64,000 nt of DNA from an uncultured Acidimicrobiia bacterium (GCA_964195545.1 CAXMQQ010000019.1:23581-87580); one strand, 5' to 3'; counted from the first letter of the stretch, positions 9,477-18,592 are shown. Numbers and translations are program-made. The notes: generated by a model from the sequence alone, not told the origin.

Positions 9477-9498
9477 GAGTAGTGAGTACTCACTACTC
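9477..9498. repeat. 22-bp perfect palindrome in the argG-argH spacer
   Basis: gagtagtgagtactcactactc, preceded by one extra gagtagt heptad (9470-9476). Sits 19 nt after the argG stop and 27 nt before the argH ATG. Confidence 0.7.
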
Positions 9499-9517
9499 GC
9501 CAGCGGCAGCCGGCGCC

Positions 9518-10735
9518 TCATTCCCCTTCTCCCATTCGCTTCTCTGCAAAGGTTCTCAGCCTGAGGCTCTGGAGACGGATGAAGCCATCGGCGTCGGACT
9601 GGTCGTAGACCTCGTCGGCTTCGAAGGTCACCGTTGCCTCGTCGTAGAGATCATGGCTCGTTGAACGGCGCCCTTCAACCACGACCTGTCCCTTGTACAG
9701 CCGAAGCCTGGCTTCTCCATTGACACGAGTCTGCACGTCGTCCATGAACGCTTGGAGTGCTTCTCTCTCCGGCGAGTACCAGAACCCGTTGTAGACCATC
9801 TCCGCGTACCGGTTCGAGAGCTCGTCGCGCAGGTGCATCACCTCTCTATCGAGCGTCAACGACTCAACTGCGCGGTGGGCGTGATAGACCACCGTTCCTC
9901 CCGGTGTCTCATAAACGCCGCGGCTCTTCATCCCGACGAAGCGGTTCTCGACGATGTCGATGCGACCGACGCCGTGCCGTCCACCGATCTCGTTCAGCAG
10001 CGTCAACAGCTCGACCGGGGCCATCTCGACACCGTTCACCGACACCGGATTCCCTGATCGGAACCCGATCGTGATGACCTCCGGCGCGTCGGGGGCATCC
10101 TCGGGATCTGTCGTCATGCGGAACATACCGGACGGCGGACCCACCCACGGATCCTCAAGCACTCCACCCTCATAGGAGATGTGGAGAAGATTCGCGTCCA
10201 TGGAATACGGCATTTCGGGGGAGGTCGGCACAGGGATGTTGAAGCGCTTCGCATACGCCTCGAGATCGGCTCGGCCCTTCATGTCCCACTCGCGCCACGG
10301 AGCGATCACCTTGATGTCCGGTTTCAGTGCATAGGCCGACAGTTCAAACCTCACTTGATCGTTCCCCTTGCCGGTTGAGCCGTGGGCAATGGCATCGGCA
10401 CCGGTCTCCTCGGCGACCCGTACCAGGCCCTTCGAAATGACCGGCCTGGCCAGCGACGTACCCATGAGGTAGTAGCCCTCGTAGAGAGCACTGGAGCGCA
10501 CTGCCGGGAACACGTAGTCCTTGACGAACTCCTCCTTGAGGTCTTCGGTAATCGCCTCGACGGCCCCTGTCGCCAGCGCCTTCTCGTGAGCCTCCTCGGC
10601 CTCTTCTCCCTGGCCGACGTCTGCCGTGTAGGTCACGACCTCGGCTCCATACTCCTCGATGATCCACCTCAAGATGATGGACGTGTCGAGGCCGCCGCTG
10701 TATGCGAGAACGACCTTTTTGATTCCTCGGTTCAC
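9518..10735 (-). CDS. argG: Argininosuccinate synthase
   Basis: ORF 9518..10933 trimmed to GTG 10735, 6 nt after GAAGGAG and 1 nt after the argR stop. N-terminus [19 protein letters not shown]. About 405 aa. Confidence 0.93.
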   Translation of the reverse strand: MNRGIKKVVLAYSGGLDTSIILRWIIEEYGAEVVTYTADVGQGEEAEEAHEKALATGAVEAITEDLKEEFVKDYVFPAVRSSALYEGYYLMGTSLARPVISKGLVRVAEETGADAIAHGSTGKGNDQVRFELSAYALKPDIKVIAPWREWDMKGRADLEAYAKRFNIPVPTSPEMPYSMDANLLHISYEGGVLEDPWVGPPSGMFRMTTDPEDAPDAPEVITIGFRSGNPVSVNGVEMAPVELLTLLNEIGGRHGVGRIDIVENRFVGMKSRGVYETPGGTVVYHAHRAVESLTLDREVMHLRDELSNRYAEMVYNGFWYSPEREALQAFMDDVQTRVNGEARLRLYKGQVVVEGRRSTSHDLYDEATVTFEADEVYDQSDADGFIRLQSLRLRTFAEKRMGEGE

Positions 10736-10736
10736 A

Positions 10737-11186
10737 TCAGACTCCTTCAATGTCAGCGGCCACTGTCGCCGCCCCAACAGACTCTTGAACGGCGACGAAC
10801 ACGGTGTCGTCACCGGCAACGGTGCCAAGCACTCCTGGCATGCCGGCGGCATCGATCTTCCCCGCCACGAGGTGTGCGGCACCCGGTGGTACACGGAGGA
10901 CAACGAGCGGGCCGGTCGCCACCACAGACTCAACGAACTCGTTCACTGCAACAGCGAGCACCGAACGAGCGCGATGAACCTCGCCCGGGTCCTGGACTCG
11001 GTAGCGAGATACGTCGCCATCCCTCACCTTCATCGCCCCAATCGCCTCAAGGTCACGCGATATCGTCGCCTGGGTGACGTCATGTCCTGCATCGGCGAGG
11101 AGCCGCCGCAACTGTGCCTGGCTCTCGATTGCTTCGGTCGTGACCAGTCGGGCCGCGAGTCGCCTCCTGACTTCGGTGGAGGTCAC
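10737..11186 (-). CDS. argR: Arginine repressor
   Basis: 149 aa. N-terminal winged helix with QATISRDL. C-terminal oligomerisation domain with [11 protein letters not shown]. Confidence 0.9.
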   Translation of the reverse strand: MTSTEVRRRLAARLVTTEAIESQAQLRRLLADAGHDVTQATISRDLEAIGAMKVRDGDVSRYRVQDPGEVHRARSVLAVAVNEFVESVVATGPLVVLRVPPGAAHLVAGKIDAAGMPGVLGTVAGDDTVFVAVQESVGAATVAADIEGV

Positions 11187-12088
11187 GGAACCGGTTCCTT
11201 GGTGATCATCGTCCCGACACCCTCCGGTGTGAACACTTCGAGAAGAACGGCGTGCTGTATGCGTCCGTCGATGATGTGAACCCTTTCGACGCCATCATCG
11301 ATCGCCGTCACACATGACTCGAGTTTCGGGAGCATCCCTGCAGACACGTTCCCCGAGGCCAGCAATTCTTTGACTCCATCCTCGGTCGAACGAGCAATGA
11401 GGGAGTCTTCCTTCCCGAATACGCGGTAGAGGCCCTCGACATCCGTCAGATAGACGAGTTTCTTGGCTCCGATTGCTACGGCGAGCGCAGCGGCCGCTGT
11501 GTCGGCGTTCACGTTGTAGACATGCCCGTCTTCCCCCCTCGCAAGCGGAGCGACGACGGGTACATAGCCCTGATCCTGGAGGCTCATGACCAAACCAGGG
11601 TTGACCTGAGTGATCTCCCCGACGAAGCCCAGGCGTTCGTCTTTCGGGCGAGCGACGAAGAGGTTTCCGTCCAGACCGTTGATCCCGGTGGCGACGCAGC
11701 CGTGTGCGTTCACCAATCGGACAATGTCGGGGTTGATCTCACCTGCAAGTGTCGACTGGACGACGCGGATCGTCTCAGCGTCGGTGATTCGAAGCCCTTC
11801 GACCCACTGTGGTTCAACCCCGCGTTGATGCATCGCATCGCTGATCCGTGGGCCCCCACCGTGAACGATCACGGGGTTGATCCCGACGTAGTGGAGCATC
11901 GCGACGTCGTCTGCGAACGTGTTCCTCAACCCTTCGTCGACCATCGCAGAGCCGCCGTACTTGATCACAACCGTCGTGTCACGGAACTGCTTGATGAACG
12001 GCAGCGACTCCGAGAAGATCTTCGCCTTCCCCATCGCGCGAGCGATTCTCGACTTGCCGTGCGCGGGTGCGGTGTGGCCTGTTGTCAT
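11183..12088 (-). CDS. argB: Acetylglutamate kinase
   Basis: 301 aa with the VVIKYGGSAM amino-acid-kinase motif. 4-nt overlaps with both argJ and argR. Confidence 0.95.
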   Translation of the reverse strand: MTTGHTAPAHGKSRIARAMGKAKIFSESLPFIKQFRDTTVVIKYGGSAMVDEGLRNTFADDVAMLHYVGINPVIVHGGGPRISDAMHQRGVEPQWVEGLRITDAETIRVVQSTLAGEINPDIVRLVNAHGCVATGINGLDGNLFVARPKDERLGFVGEITQVNPGLVMSLQDQGYVPVVAPLARGEDGHVYNVNADTAAAALAVAIGAKKLVYLTDVEGLYRVFGKEDSLIARSTEDGVKELLASGNVSAGMLPKLESCVTAIDDGVERVHIIDGRIQHAVLLEVFTPEGVGTMITKEPVP

Positions 12089-13245
12089 GATCGCTCCGCG
12101 TTGAAACGCACATAGTCGGGAGTCAGATCGGTGGTGAACACACGGGCGGTTCCCGGTCCCTTCCCCACACTGACTGTCACCCCGAAGTCGCCCGCCATGG
12201 CGTCGCTGACGGCGTCCTCATCGAAATCCACGCCTACTCCTCTCCGTGTCACCGTGGTGCCGGCGAATGCGATGGCGATGTCGCCGAAGTCGACTTCTTC
12301 GTCCACTTCGCCGAGGGCTCCGACGACTCTTCCCCAGTTTGGGTCGGCCCCATAGAAGGACGCTCGGACAAGGATCGAGTCTGCGACCTGCCTCCCGATG
12401 TTTCGCGCTGCAGCATCATCGACGGCACCGGTCACGGCGATCGTGACGACCCGAGAGGCCCCTTCGGCGTCGGCAGCGATGTGTCGCGCCAATTGGACGG
12501 TCGCGCTGGTCAATGCTGCTGCGAGATCCTCGGGTTCGGGAGTGAACCCGGAAGCCCCCGACGCAAGTGCGATGACCGTGTCATTGGTGGACGGACATCC
12601 GTCGACGTTGAGGGCGTGGAACGAGTGGTCGACTGCGATGCGGAGCGCATCGTCGAGAACGATCGACGTAGCTTCTGCATCCGTGGTGAGGACAACCAGC
12701 ATGGTGGCCATATCGGGACGAATCATGCCTGCGCCCTTCGCCATCCCTCCGACGGTGAATCCCGCCGCCGTGACGACGACCTGTTTCGGTTCGGTGTCGG
12801 TGGTCATGATGGCCAAAGCTGCCGCGGTCCCATCAGTTTCGGAATCGCCGAGGCCCTCGATCGCATCTGCAACACCGGCCGTCACTGCTTCTGGGGCAAG
12901 ATGGGTTCCGATCATGCCCGTCGAACAAACGAGCACGTCCTCCGGTGTGCATCCCAAGATCTCGGCCGTGCGATTGGCCGTCAACTCGGCCACCGCGCGC
13001 CCGCGCTTCCCCGTCGCTGCGTTCGCACACCCCGAGTTCAGGACCACGGCCCGCGCCGTTCGAGCGACGTCGAGATGCTTGCGAGAGAGCCGGACGGGTG
13101 CCGCTGCCGCCATATTGGTCGTGAAGACGGCAGCGGCGGCAACCGGGGTCCTGGCGGCAACGATCGCGAGATCGAGTTCCCCTCCGCTCTTGATGCCGGC
13201 GGAGACGCCGACGGCCTCGAATCCTTTCGGTGCGACAACACTCAC
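12085..13245 (-). CDS. argJ: Bifunctional glutamate N-acetyltransferase / amino-acid acetyltransferase
   Basis: ORF 12085..13428 trimmed to GTG 13245 (GTGA overlap with the argC stop; GTG 13254 is an alternative). Contains VSVVAPKGFEAVGVSAGIK and the autoprocessing region ATMLVVLTTDA. Confidence 0.9.
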   Translation of the reverse strand: MSVVAPKGFEAVGVSAGIKSGGELDLAIVAARTPVAAAAVFTTNMAAAAPVRLSRKHLDVARTARAVVLNSGCANAATGKRGRAVAELTANRTAEILGCTPEDVLVCSTGMIGTHLAPEAVTAGVADAIEGLGDSETDGTAAALAIMTTDTEPKQVVVTAAGFTVGGMAKGAGMIRPDMATMLVVLTTDAEATSIVLDDALRIAVDHSFHALNVDGCPSTNDTVIALASGASGFTPEPEDLAAALTSATVQLARHIAADAEGASRVVTIAVTGAVDDAAARNIGRQVADSILVRASFYGADPNWGRVVGALGEVDEEVDFGDIAIAFAGTTVTRRGVGVDFDEDAVSDAMAGDFGVTVSVGKGPGTARVFTTDLTPDYVRFNAERS

Positions 13246-14273
13246 GGCATCCACCCTTCCATCGGGAGTCCCGACGTCTCGTCGAATCCCAGCATCAGAT
13301 TCGCCGCCTGCACTGCCTGTCCTGCTGCACCTTTCACGAGGTTGTCGATGGCACAGATGAGCACCGCCGTGCCGGTGCGTTCGTCGAGATTCGCCGAGAT
13401 CAGCGCGCGGTTGGACCCGATGACCCACCGTGTCTCCGGGGACCCTTCCACCAACGATACGAAGGGTTCATCCCTGTACGCCCCCTCGAGAGTGGCGACC
13501 AGATCATCGAGAGTCGTCCCCGCCGGTGTCTTGGCGTACATCGTGGTGAGGATGCCCCGCTGCATCGGCACGAGGTGCGGGGTGAAGATGAGTTCGATCG
13601 CATCCGCCGATTCGAGGTCGAGCGCACGCTCCATTTCCGGTTGGTGCCGGTGCTTGAGAATCTTGTAGGCCTTCGCTGACTCGTCCACCGCACCGAACTG
13701 GAGGCCTGCCTGCACACCTCGCCCTGCACCCGAAACCCCGGACATCGAATCGACCACGATCCCGGTCGGTTCGATCACTCCGACAGAGAGAAGAGGTGCA
13801 AGCGGGAGAATGGCCGACGTCGGGTAGCACCCGGGGGAAGCGACTCGATCTGTTCCGGAGATTTCAGAGCGACGACGCTCCGGTAGGCCGTATACCCAGC
13901 GACCGAGTTCGTTCGGGAACGGATGATCAACGCCGTATGCGTCGAGATATCGCTGTGGCGTGTCCAGCCGGAAGTCGCTGCCGAGGTCGACGACCGATAT
14001 CCCCCGATCCAACAGCGCCAGGGCAGAGACCGAGGAGGCTCCGTGCGGAAGTGCGAGGAACGCGAGGTCAACGTCGGGAACGGCCCTGGGTTCGTTCGCT
14101 CCGAGGATCCGGTCTCCATCGCGTAGGTGCGGATGGACGGATCCGAGCGTCCTTCCGGCAGTTGAATGTGCACCCAGGTACGCGACGGCGAAGTCTGGGT
14201 GACCATCCACGAGACGGATCAGTTCACCGCCGGCATAGCCGGAAGAACCGAGAATTGCGATAGATGTAGTCAC
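13242..14273 (-). CDS. argC: N-acetyl-gamma-glutamyl-phosphate reductase
   Basis: ORF 13242..14540 trimmed to GTG 14273, preceded by AAGGAA. N-terminus VTTSIAILGSSGYAGGELIRL. Active-site region SPGCYPTS. Confidence 0.92.
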   Translation of the reverse strand: MTTSIAILGSSGYAGGELIRLVDGHPDFAVAYLGAHSTAGRTLGSVHPHLRDGDRILGANEPRAVPDVDLAFLALPHGASSVSALALLDRGISVVDLGSDFRLDTPQRYLDAYGVDHPFPNELGRWVYGLPERRRSEISGTDRVASPGCYPTSAILPLAPLLSVGVIEPTGIVVDSMSGVSGAGRGVQAGLQFGAVDESAKAYKILKHRHQPEMERALDLESADAIELIFTPHLVPMQRGILTTMYAKTPAGTTLDDLVATLEGAYRDEPFVSLVEGSPETRWVIGSNRALISANLDERTGTAVLICAIDNLVKGAAGQAVQAANLMLGFDETSGLPMEGWMP

Positions 14274-14301
14274 AGAGGTTCCTTGAGGGAGTTCAAAATA
14301 T

Positions 14302-14313
14302 ACGCATATGCGT
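14302..14313. promoter_or_regulatory. Palindrome ACGCATATGCGT upstream of argC; possible ARG-box-like site
   Basis: Perfect 12-bp palindrome in an AT-richer patch (aaaatatacgcatatgcgttgtctaatgcaaag), 29 nt upstream of the argC GTG. It resembles the TGCAT-type half-sites of actinobacterial ARG boxes only loosely. Confidence 0.3.
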
Positions 14314-14433
14314 TGTCTAATGCAAAGTGCTTCTTCGGCCTGTGTCCCGGTGTCGCAGCATCCTGGATATCCGGGGTTGCGTAGCCACTGGCGCGCGACA
14401 ACACTTGGAGCACCCAACCGCAAGGAGAAGACA

Positions 14434-14871
14434 ATGGCACTCGGCCCCATCGAGTTGCTGGTTATTGGGTTCCCGGGGAACCGGTTCACCGGGGGAATCC
14501 TTCCAGAGCTCGAACGACTCGTCGACAATGATGTGATCACACTGGTCGACGCACTCCTCGTCTACAAGGATGAGAACGGCGAGGTTGAGATCATCGAATT
14601 CGACCAGGTTGACGCCGGCCAGGACGTCGCCGCACTGGGCAGGTTCCTCGACGAGAGCAACGGGTTGCTCTCGGAAGAAGACATGGAGGGCTTCGCCGAA
14701 GCATTGGAGCCCGGCTCCTCTGCCGCTGCGCTCGCATTCGAGCACACCTGGTTCAAGCCGCTGCGGGACGAACTCGTTGACTCGGGGGGCATCCTGCTCG
14801 CCAACATGCGGATCCCGGGACTCGTCGTGGACGAGGTTCTCGCCGCCGTCGCAGCACTCGAAGACGAATAG
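14434..14871 (+). CDS. Conserved hypothetical protein (DUF1269/DUF6325-like, from memory)
   Basis: ORF 14308..14871 trimmed to ATG 14434 after AAGGAGAAG. N-terminus MALGPIELLVIGFPGNRFTGGILPELERLV.... Confidence 0.65.
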   Translation: MALGPIELLVIGFPGNRFTGGILPELERLVDNDVITLVDALLVYKDENGEVEIIEFDQVDAGQDVAALGRFLDESNGLLSEEDMEGFAEALEPGSSAAALAFEHTWFKPLRDELVDSGGILLANMRIPGLVVDEVLAAVAALEDE

Positions 14872-14884
14872 GGAGGAACTCACC

Positions 14885-15247
14885 ATGCCAAGAAGACGTG
14901 GACGCCCGGGCATCGGACGAACGGTTGCCCGAACCGCAGTAATCGCAGGGACCGCAACCGCCGTGAGCGGAGGCATGCGCAACCGATCGGCAAACAAGCA
15001 GGCAGCGCAAGAGGATCAAGCCGCCGCGAATCAGGCCGCATACGAATCCCAGGAGCAATTGGACGAGATGCAAGCGCAGATGAACGACATGCAGGCGCAG
15101 CAAGCCCCCGCTCCCCAGCCGGCAGTGGCAGCAGCCCCTGCCGCAGAAGACGTCATGGGGCAACTCCAGCGTCTCGCCGACATGAAGAGTGCAGGCCTAC
15201 TCACCGACGCCGAGTTCTCCGCAGCAAAGGCGAAGCTACTCGGCTAG
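14885..15247 (+). CDS. SHOCT-domain protein
   Basis: In-frame tail of ORF 14570..15247, ATG 14885 after GGGAGGAA. Basic N-terminus, Gln/Ala-rich coil, C-terminal LQRLADMKSAGLLTDAEFSAAKAKLLG (SHOCT motif). Confidence 0.7.
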   Translation: MPRRRGRPGIGRTVARTAVIAGTATAVSGGMRNRSANKQAAQEDQAAANQAAYESQEQLDEMQAQMNDMQAQQAPAPQPAVAAAPAAEDVMGQLQRLADMKSAGLLTDAEFSAAKAKLLG

Positions 15248-15268
15248 CCATTGAATCAGTGCCGCGAA

Positions 15269-15315
15269 CAGGGCCGGGAATCCGCGAGACGCCGCTCTCC
15301 GGCCTTCCGGCCCTG
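15269..15315 (+). terminator. Hairpin after the SHOCT gene
   Basis: cagggccgg (15269-15277) is complementary to ccggccctg (15307-15315). The loop is long and there is no T-run. Confidence 0.35.
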
Positions 15316-15350
15316 GCGCTATTTCCGAAGTCACGCCAGGCTATGAGGAT

Positions 15351-16508
15351 ATGAAGTTGAGAGTCGCTCTTCTCGCCCTCCTCGTCACGACGCTCGTCGT
15401 CGCCGCTTTCCCTGCTCTTGCACAGACCGACGCCGACGACGGCCCGGTCGTCCAGGCCGTGATGTTCTTCTCCCCAACGTGCCCCCACTGCGAACTCGTC
15501 ATCAACGAACACCTGCCCGTCATCTTCGAGCAGTTCGGCGGAGAGCCAACAGTGCTCTTCGACGACACCACCCCTCCCGAGGAAGTCGCCTTCTATGAGA
15601 TGACCAACGGGACGCTCGACATCCTTCTGGTCGACGCAAGCGTGGAGACCGGCGCGATCATGTTCGGCGCAGCCTCGGAGCGGCTCAGCGTTGAGAAGCC
15701 GGGAGTGCCGCGGCTCGACATCGAGGACTTCTATCTCGTCGGATCCGAGCAGATTCCGGCGGAGTTCCCCGGAATCATCGAAGAGGGCCTTGCACACGGT
15801 GGCATTCCGTGGCCCGACGTCCCGGGTCTCGAAGAAGCCCTGGCAACTATTCCGGGTTCGTCGGGAGTCGAACAGACGGCTACCGGTGAAGCAACCGACG
15901 ATTCTTCCGATGCGCTCCTGGCGGCCGAGGACGAGTCGATCGGTGACAAGGTCGCCCGCGACCCTCTGGGCAATGGCCTGGCAATTCTCGCCCTCGCCGG
16001 GCTACTCGCGAGCCTCATCCTCGTCCCCGTCCTCGTCCGCCGCGGGTCTCTTCACGGCGGCCCAACATGGGTCATCCCGGCGCTCGCCATCATCGGTCTC
16101 GGAGTGTCCCTGTACCTCGGAAGCGTTGAAACGAGTGGCGCCGATGCCGTCTGTGGGCCCGTCGGCGACTGCAACGCCGTGCAACAGAGCTCATATGCGT
16201 CGATCTTCGGGATTCCGATCGGCGTCCTCGGAGCAATCGCCTACATCGGTCTCATCATCGGCTGGATCGTCACGAGGGTCTCGAAGGGTCGCACCGCCGA
16301 CATCGCAGCTTTCCTCATCGCCCTGGCGGCGTTCGGTGGCACGGCATTCTCGGCCTATCTGACGTTCCTCGAGCCGTTCGTGATCGGAGCCACCTGCATG
16401 TGGTGTCTGACCTCTGCTCTCGCCATCGTCGGGTTGCTCTGGGTCACGGCCCCACCCGGGTGGGCCGCCTTCGAGCGGCTTCGCGGGTCGGCGCCGGCTA
16501 GCGAGTAG
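15351..16508 (+). CDS. Secreted thioredoxin-like domain fused to a C-terminal VKOR (vitamin K epoxide reductase) domain
   Basis: 385 aa. Signal peptide, then CPHC thioredoxin-like motif, a linker TM, then the VKOR core with loop cysteines CGPVGDC and active site CMWC. Confidence 0.8.
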   Translation: MKLRVALLALLVTTLVVAAFPALAQTDADDGPVVQAVMFFSPTCPHCELVINEHLPVIFEQFGGEPTVLFDDTTPPEEVAFYEMTNGTLDILLVDASVETGAIMFGAASERLSVEKPGVPRLDIEDFYLVGSEQIPAEFPGIIEEGLAHGGIPWPDVPGLEEALATIPGSSGVEQTATGEATDDSSDALLAAEDESIGDKVARDPLGNGLAILALAGLLASLILVPVLVRRGSLHGGPTWVIPALAIIGLGVSLYLGSVETSGADAVCGPVGDCNAVQQSSYASIFGIPIGVLGAIAYIGLIIGWIVTRVSKGRTADIAAFLIALAAFGGTAFSAYLTFLEPFVIGATCMWCLTSALAIVGLLWVTAPPGWAAFERLRGSAPASE

Positions 16509-16595
16509 CGTCGGCGGTCAGCAGCTCAGGCGACACATCTTCCCCATCACGCATGTTGCGCACGGGAATCGCCGCTTCGTGACAGAACGGGGCGT

Positions 16596-18017
16596 CTACG
16601 CCCGACGGTCGATCCACTCGTCGATCCATATGTGGGCTTGCTCCTCTGAATACGGGCCTTCGTCCACGCGCCGCTCGTAGAGCATCTTCATGATCTCCCC
16701 CACCCGACGTCCCGGCTCAATGTCGAGATACTCCATGACGTGGTTCCCGTCGATCGGCGGACGCAAAGCGTCGAGTTCCTCCCTCGTACGAAGCTCGGCG
16801 ATCCGGACTTCGAGTTCGTCGATCCGCCTGGATATCGTTCGTTCGCGACGCTTGTTGCGCGTCGTCACATCGCAGCGAACGAGTTCGTTGAGATCCTTGA
16901 GCAGATCCCCGGCGTCGCGAACATAGCGGCGAACCGCCGAGTCGGTCCACCCCATTTTGAACGTGTGCGGCCGCATATGGAGGAACACAAGCCTGGACAC
17001 GTCCTCAGTCGTCTTCTTCGAGTAGCGGAGCGCCTTCATGCGGCGCCGCGTCATGCGAGCCCCTACGACCTCGTGGTGATGGAACGTGACCCCCCCGGGT
17101 CCGAACTCTCGCGTGTCGGGTTTTCCGACGTCGTGGAACAGCGCGGCCAGACGCAACTCGAGACGCGGAGACGTCTTTTCGACAACGGCGATCGAATGGG
17201 CCAGTACGTCCTTGTGATGATGGACCGGATCAACCTGGAGAGCTAGCTCAGGCAGTTCCGGGATGAACTCCTCGGCGAGGCCGGTCTCGACGAGACCCCA
17301 GAGAGCAGGTCCAACGTGGTCCCCGATCATCAGCAGGTCGAGTTCCCTCTTGATCCTCTCTGCAGAGACGATCTCGAGACGCCCGTGCATGCCGCCAACC
17401 GCATCCAGTGCCGTTTCGTCCGGAGCGAAACCGAGACGCGAAACGAACCGGAACAGGCGGAGCATCCTCAGTGGATCGTCCCCGAACGAAATCTCGGGAT
17501 CGAGCGGTGTGCGGAGCAGTCCTGAGTGAAGGTCAACGAGACCGCCGAAGGGGTCCATCATCTCGGGACTGTCATCATCCGACGTGGGGACGCGAATCGC
17601 CATCGCGTTCACTGTGAAGTCCCGCCGGGAGAGGTCTTCTTCGATGTCGTCCGAGTAAGTGACCTCGGGTTTCCGGCTTTCGTCCCGGTAGATCTCCGAA
17701 CGGAATGTCGTGATCTCGTGGACTCGTCCGTCCCTGATCGCACCGATCGTCCCATACATCTGACCCGCCAGGTACAGGTCTGCGGCCCACGGACGCACAA
17801 TCTCCTCGATCTCGTCGGGACGGGCACCGGTGGTGAAGTCGAGGTCGGCGTTCGGTCGGTCCAGCAGCGCATCGCGCACGCTCCCCCCAACGAGGTAAAG
17901 GCTGTGCCCCCCACCCGCGAACAGTTCTGAGAGTTCCCGCGAGGCGGTTCCAGAAGCCAGGAGCGTCTGAAGTCGAGGGGGGATCAAGCGATTGCCGGCT
18001 CGAGGCTCGTGGCTCAT
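16596..18017 (-). CDS. cca: CCA-adding tRNA nucleotidyltransferase with HD domain
   Basis: ORF 16596..18413 trimmed to ATG 18017 (ATGA overlap with the rnhA stop). Contains LYLVGGSVRDALLDRPNADLDFTT, and FHDVGKP in the HD region. Confidence 0.88.
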   Translation of the reverse strand: MSHEPRAGNRLIPPRLQTLLASGTASRELSELFAGGGHSLYLVGGSVRDALLDRPNADLDFTTGARPDEIEEIVRPWAADLYLAGQMYGTIGAIRDGRVHEITTFRSEIYRDESRKPEVTYSDDIEEDLSRRDFTVNAMAIRVPTSDDDSPEMMDPFGGLVDLHSGLLRTPLDPEISFGDDPLRMLRLFRFVSRLGFAPDETALDAVGGMHGRLEIVSAERIKRELDLLMIGDHVGPALWGLVETGLAEEFIPELPELALQVDPVHHHKDVLAHSIAVVEKTSPRLELRLAALFHDVGKPDTREFGPGGVTFHHHEVVGARMTRRRMKALRYSKKTTEDVSRLVFLHMRPHTFKMGWTDSAVRRYVRDAGDLLKDLNELVRCDVTTRNKRRERTISRRIDELEVRIAELRTREELDALRPPIDGNHVMEYLDIEPGRRVGEIMKMLYERRVDEGPYSEEQAHIWIDEWIDRRA

Positions 18018-18592
18018 ACCTCTCTCCAGCGGTTTGCCAGCCGGTCCGCGTACTCGTTCCACGTGTAGCCCACGTGGGCCTTGATCCACCTGAGTTCGAG
18101 CTCTGGGCGCTTCCGGAAGGTCGTGTACGCACGACGAACAAGTTCGACGTTCTCCACGGGACCGGTCTTCCTCCTCCAGCCTCGGTCCTCCCATCCAGCC
18201 GCCCACTCGTTGATCGTGCGCACGGCGAGGTTCGAATCCGAGTAGATCGTCGCGCGCGTCCCCTCGGGGACCATCTGTGCTCCCTCGATCAGCGCCAGGA
18301 GTTCCATCCGATTGTTGGTCGTGTCCGGATCGTGTCCGTGGCGCTCGGCGATGACCTCTCCATCGACCACATACACCGCTCCCCATCCACCGGGGCCGGG
18401 GTTCGGAACGCACCCGCCGTCGGTGAACACGCCCGTCTGGGGGTCTTCACCCGGAGCCCGGGCTACGGCGTTCGCCTGCTTCGCCGGCTTGCAGTCGCGG
18501 CACTGTTTCGGAACCCATCCTGGGTAGCGATCTAGGACATTCTGAGGAAGAGAGAACTCCGTAGAACAGGTCAGGCAAGTGAAGGTGGGCAT
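18014..18592 (-). CDS. rnhA: Ribonuclease HI with N-terminal CxxC..CxxC zinc ribbon
   Basis: ORF 18014..18679; likely ATG 18592 (MPTFTCLTCSTEF...QCRDCKP). RNase H DEDD residues lie in FTDGGC, NNRMELLAL, IYSDSNL and NEYADRLA. Confidence 0.82.
   Translation of the reverse strand: MPTFTCLTCSTEFSLPQNVLDRYPGWVPKQCRDCKPAKQANAVARAPGEDPQTGVFTDGGCVPNPGPGGWGAVYVVDGEVIAERHGHDPDTTNNRMELLALIEGAQMVPEGTRATIYSDSNLAVRTINEWAAGWEDRGWRRKTGPVENVELVRRAYTTFRKRPELELRWIKAHVGYTWNEYADRLANRWREV

Noticed and set aside
12398-13360. 320-aa ORF (and 12481..13668, 395 aa) antisense to argJ/argC
   Set aside because: Ala/Ser/Thr/Arg/Pro low-complexity translations opposite well-supported arg genes. This is the typical stop-poor antisense frame of GC-rich DNA.
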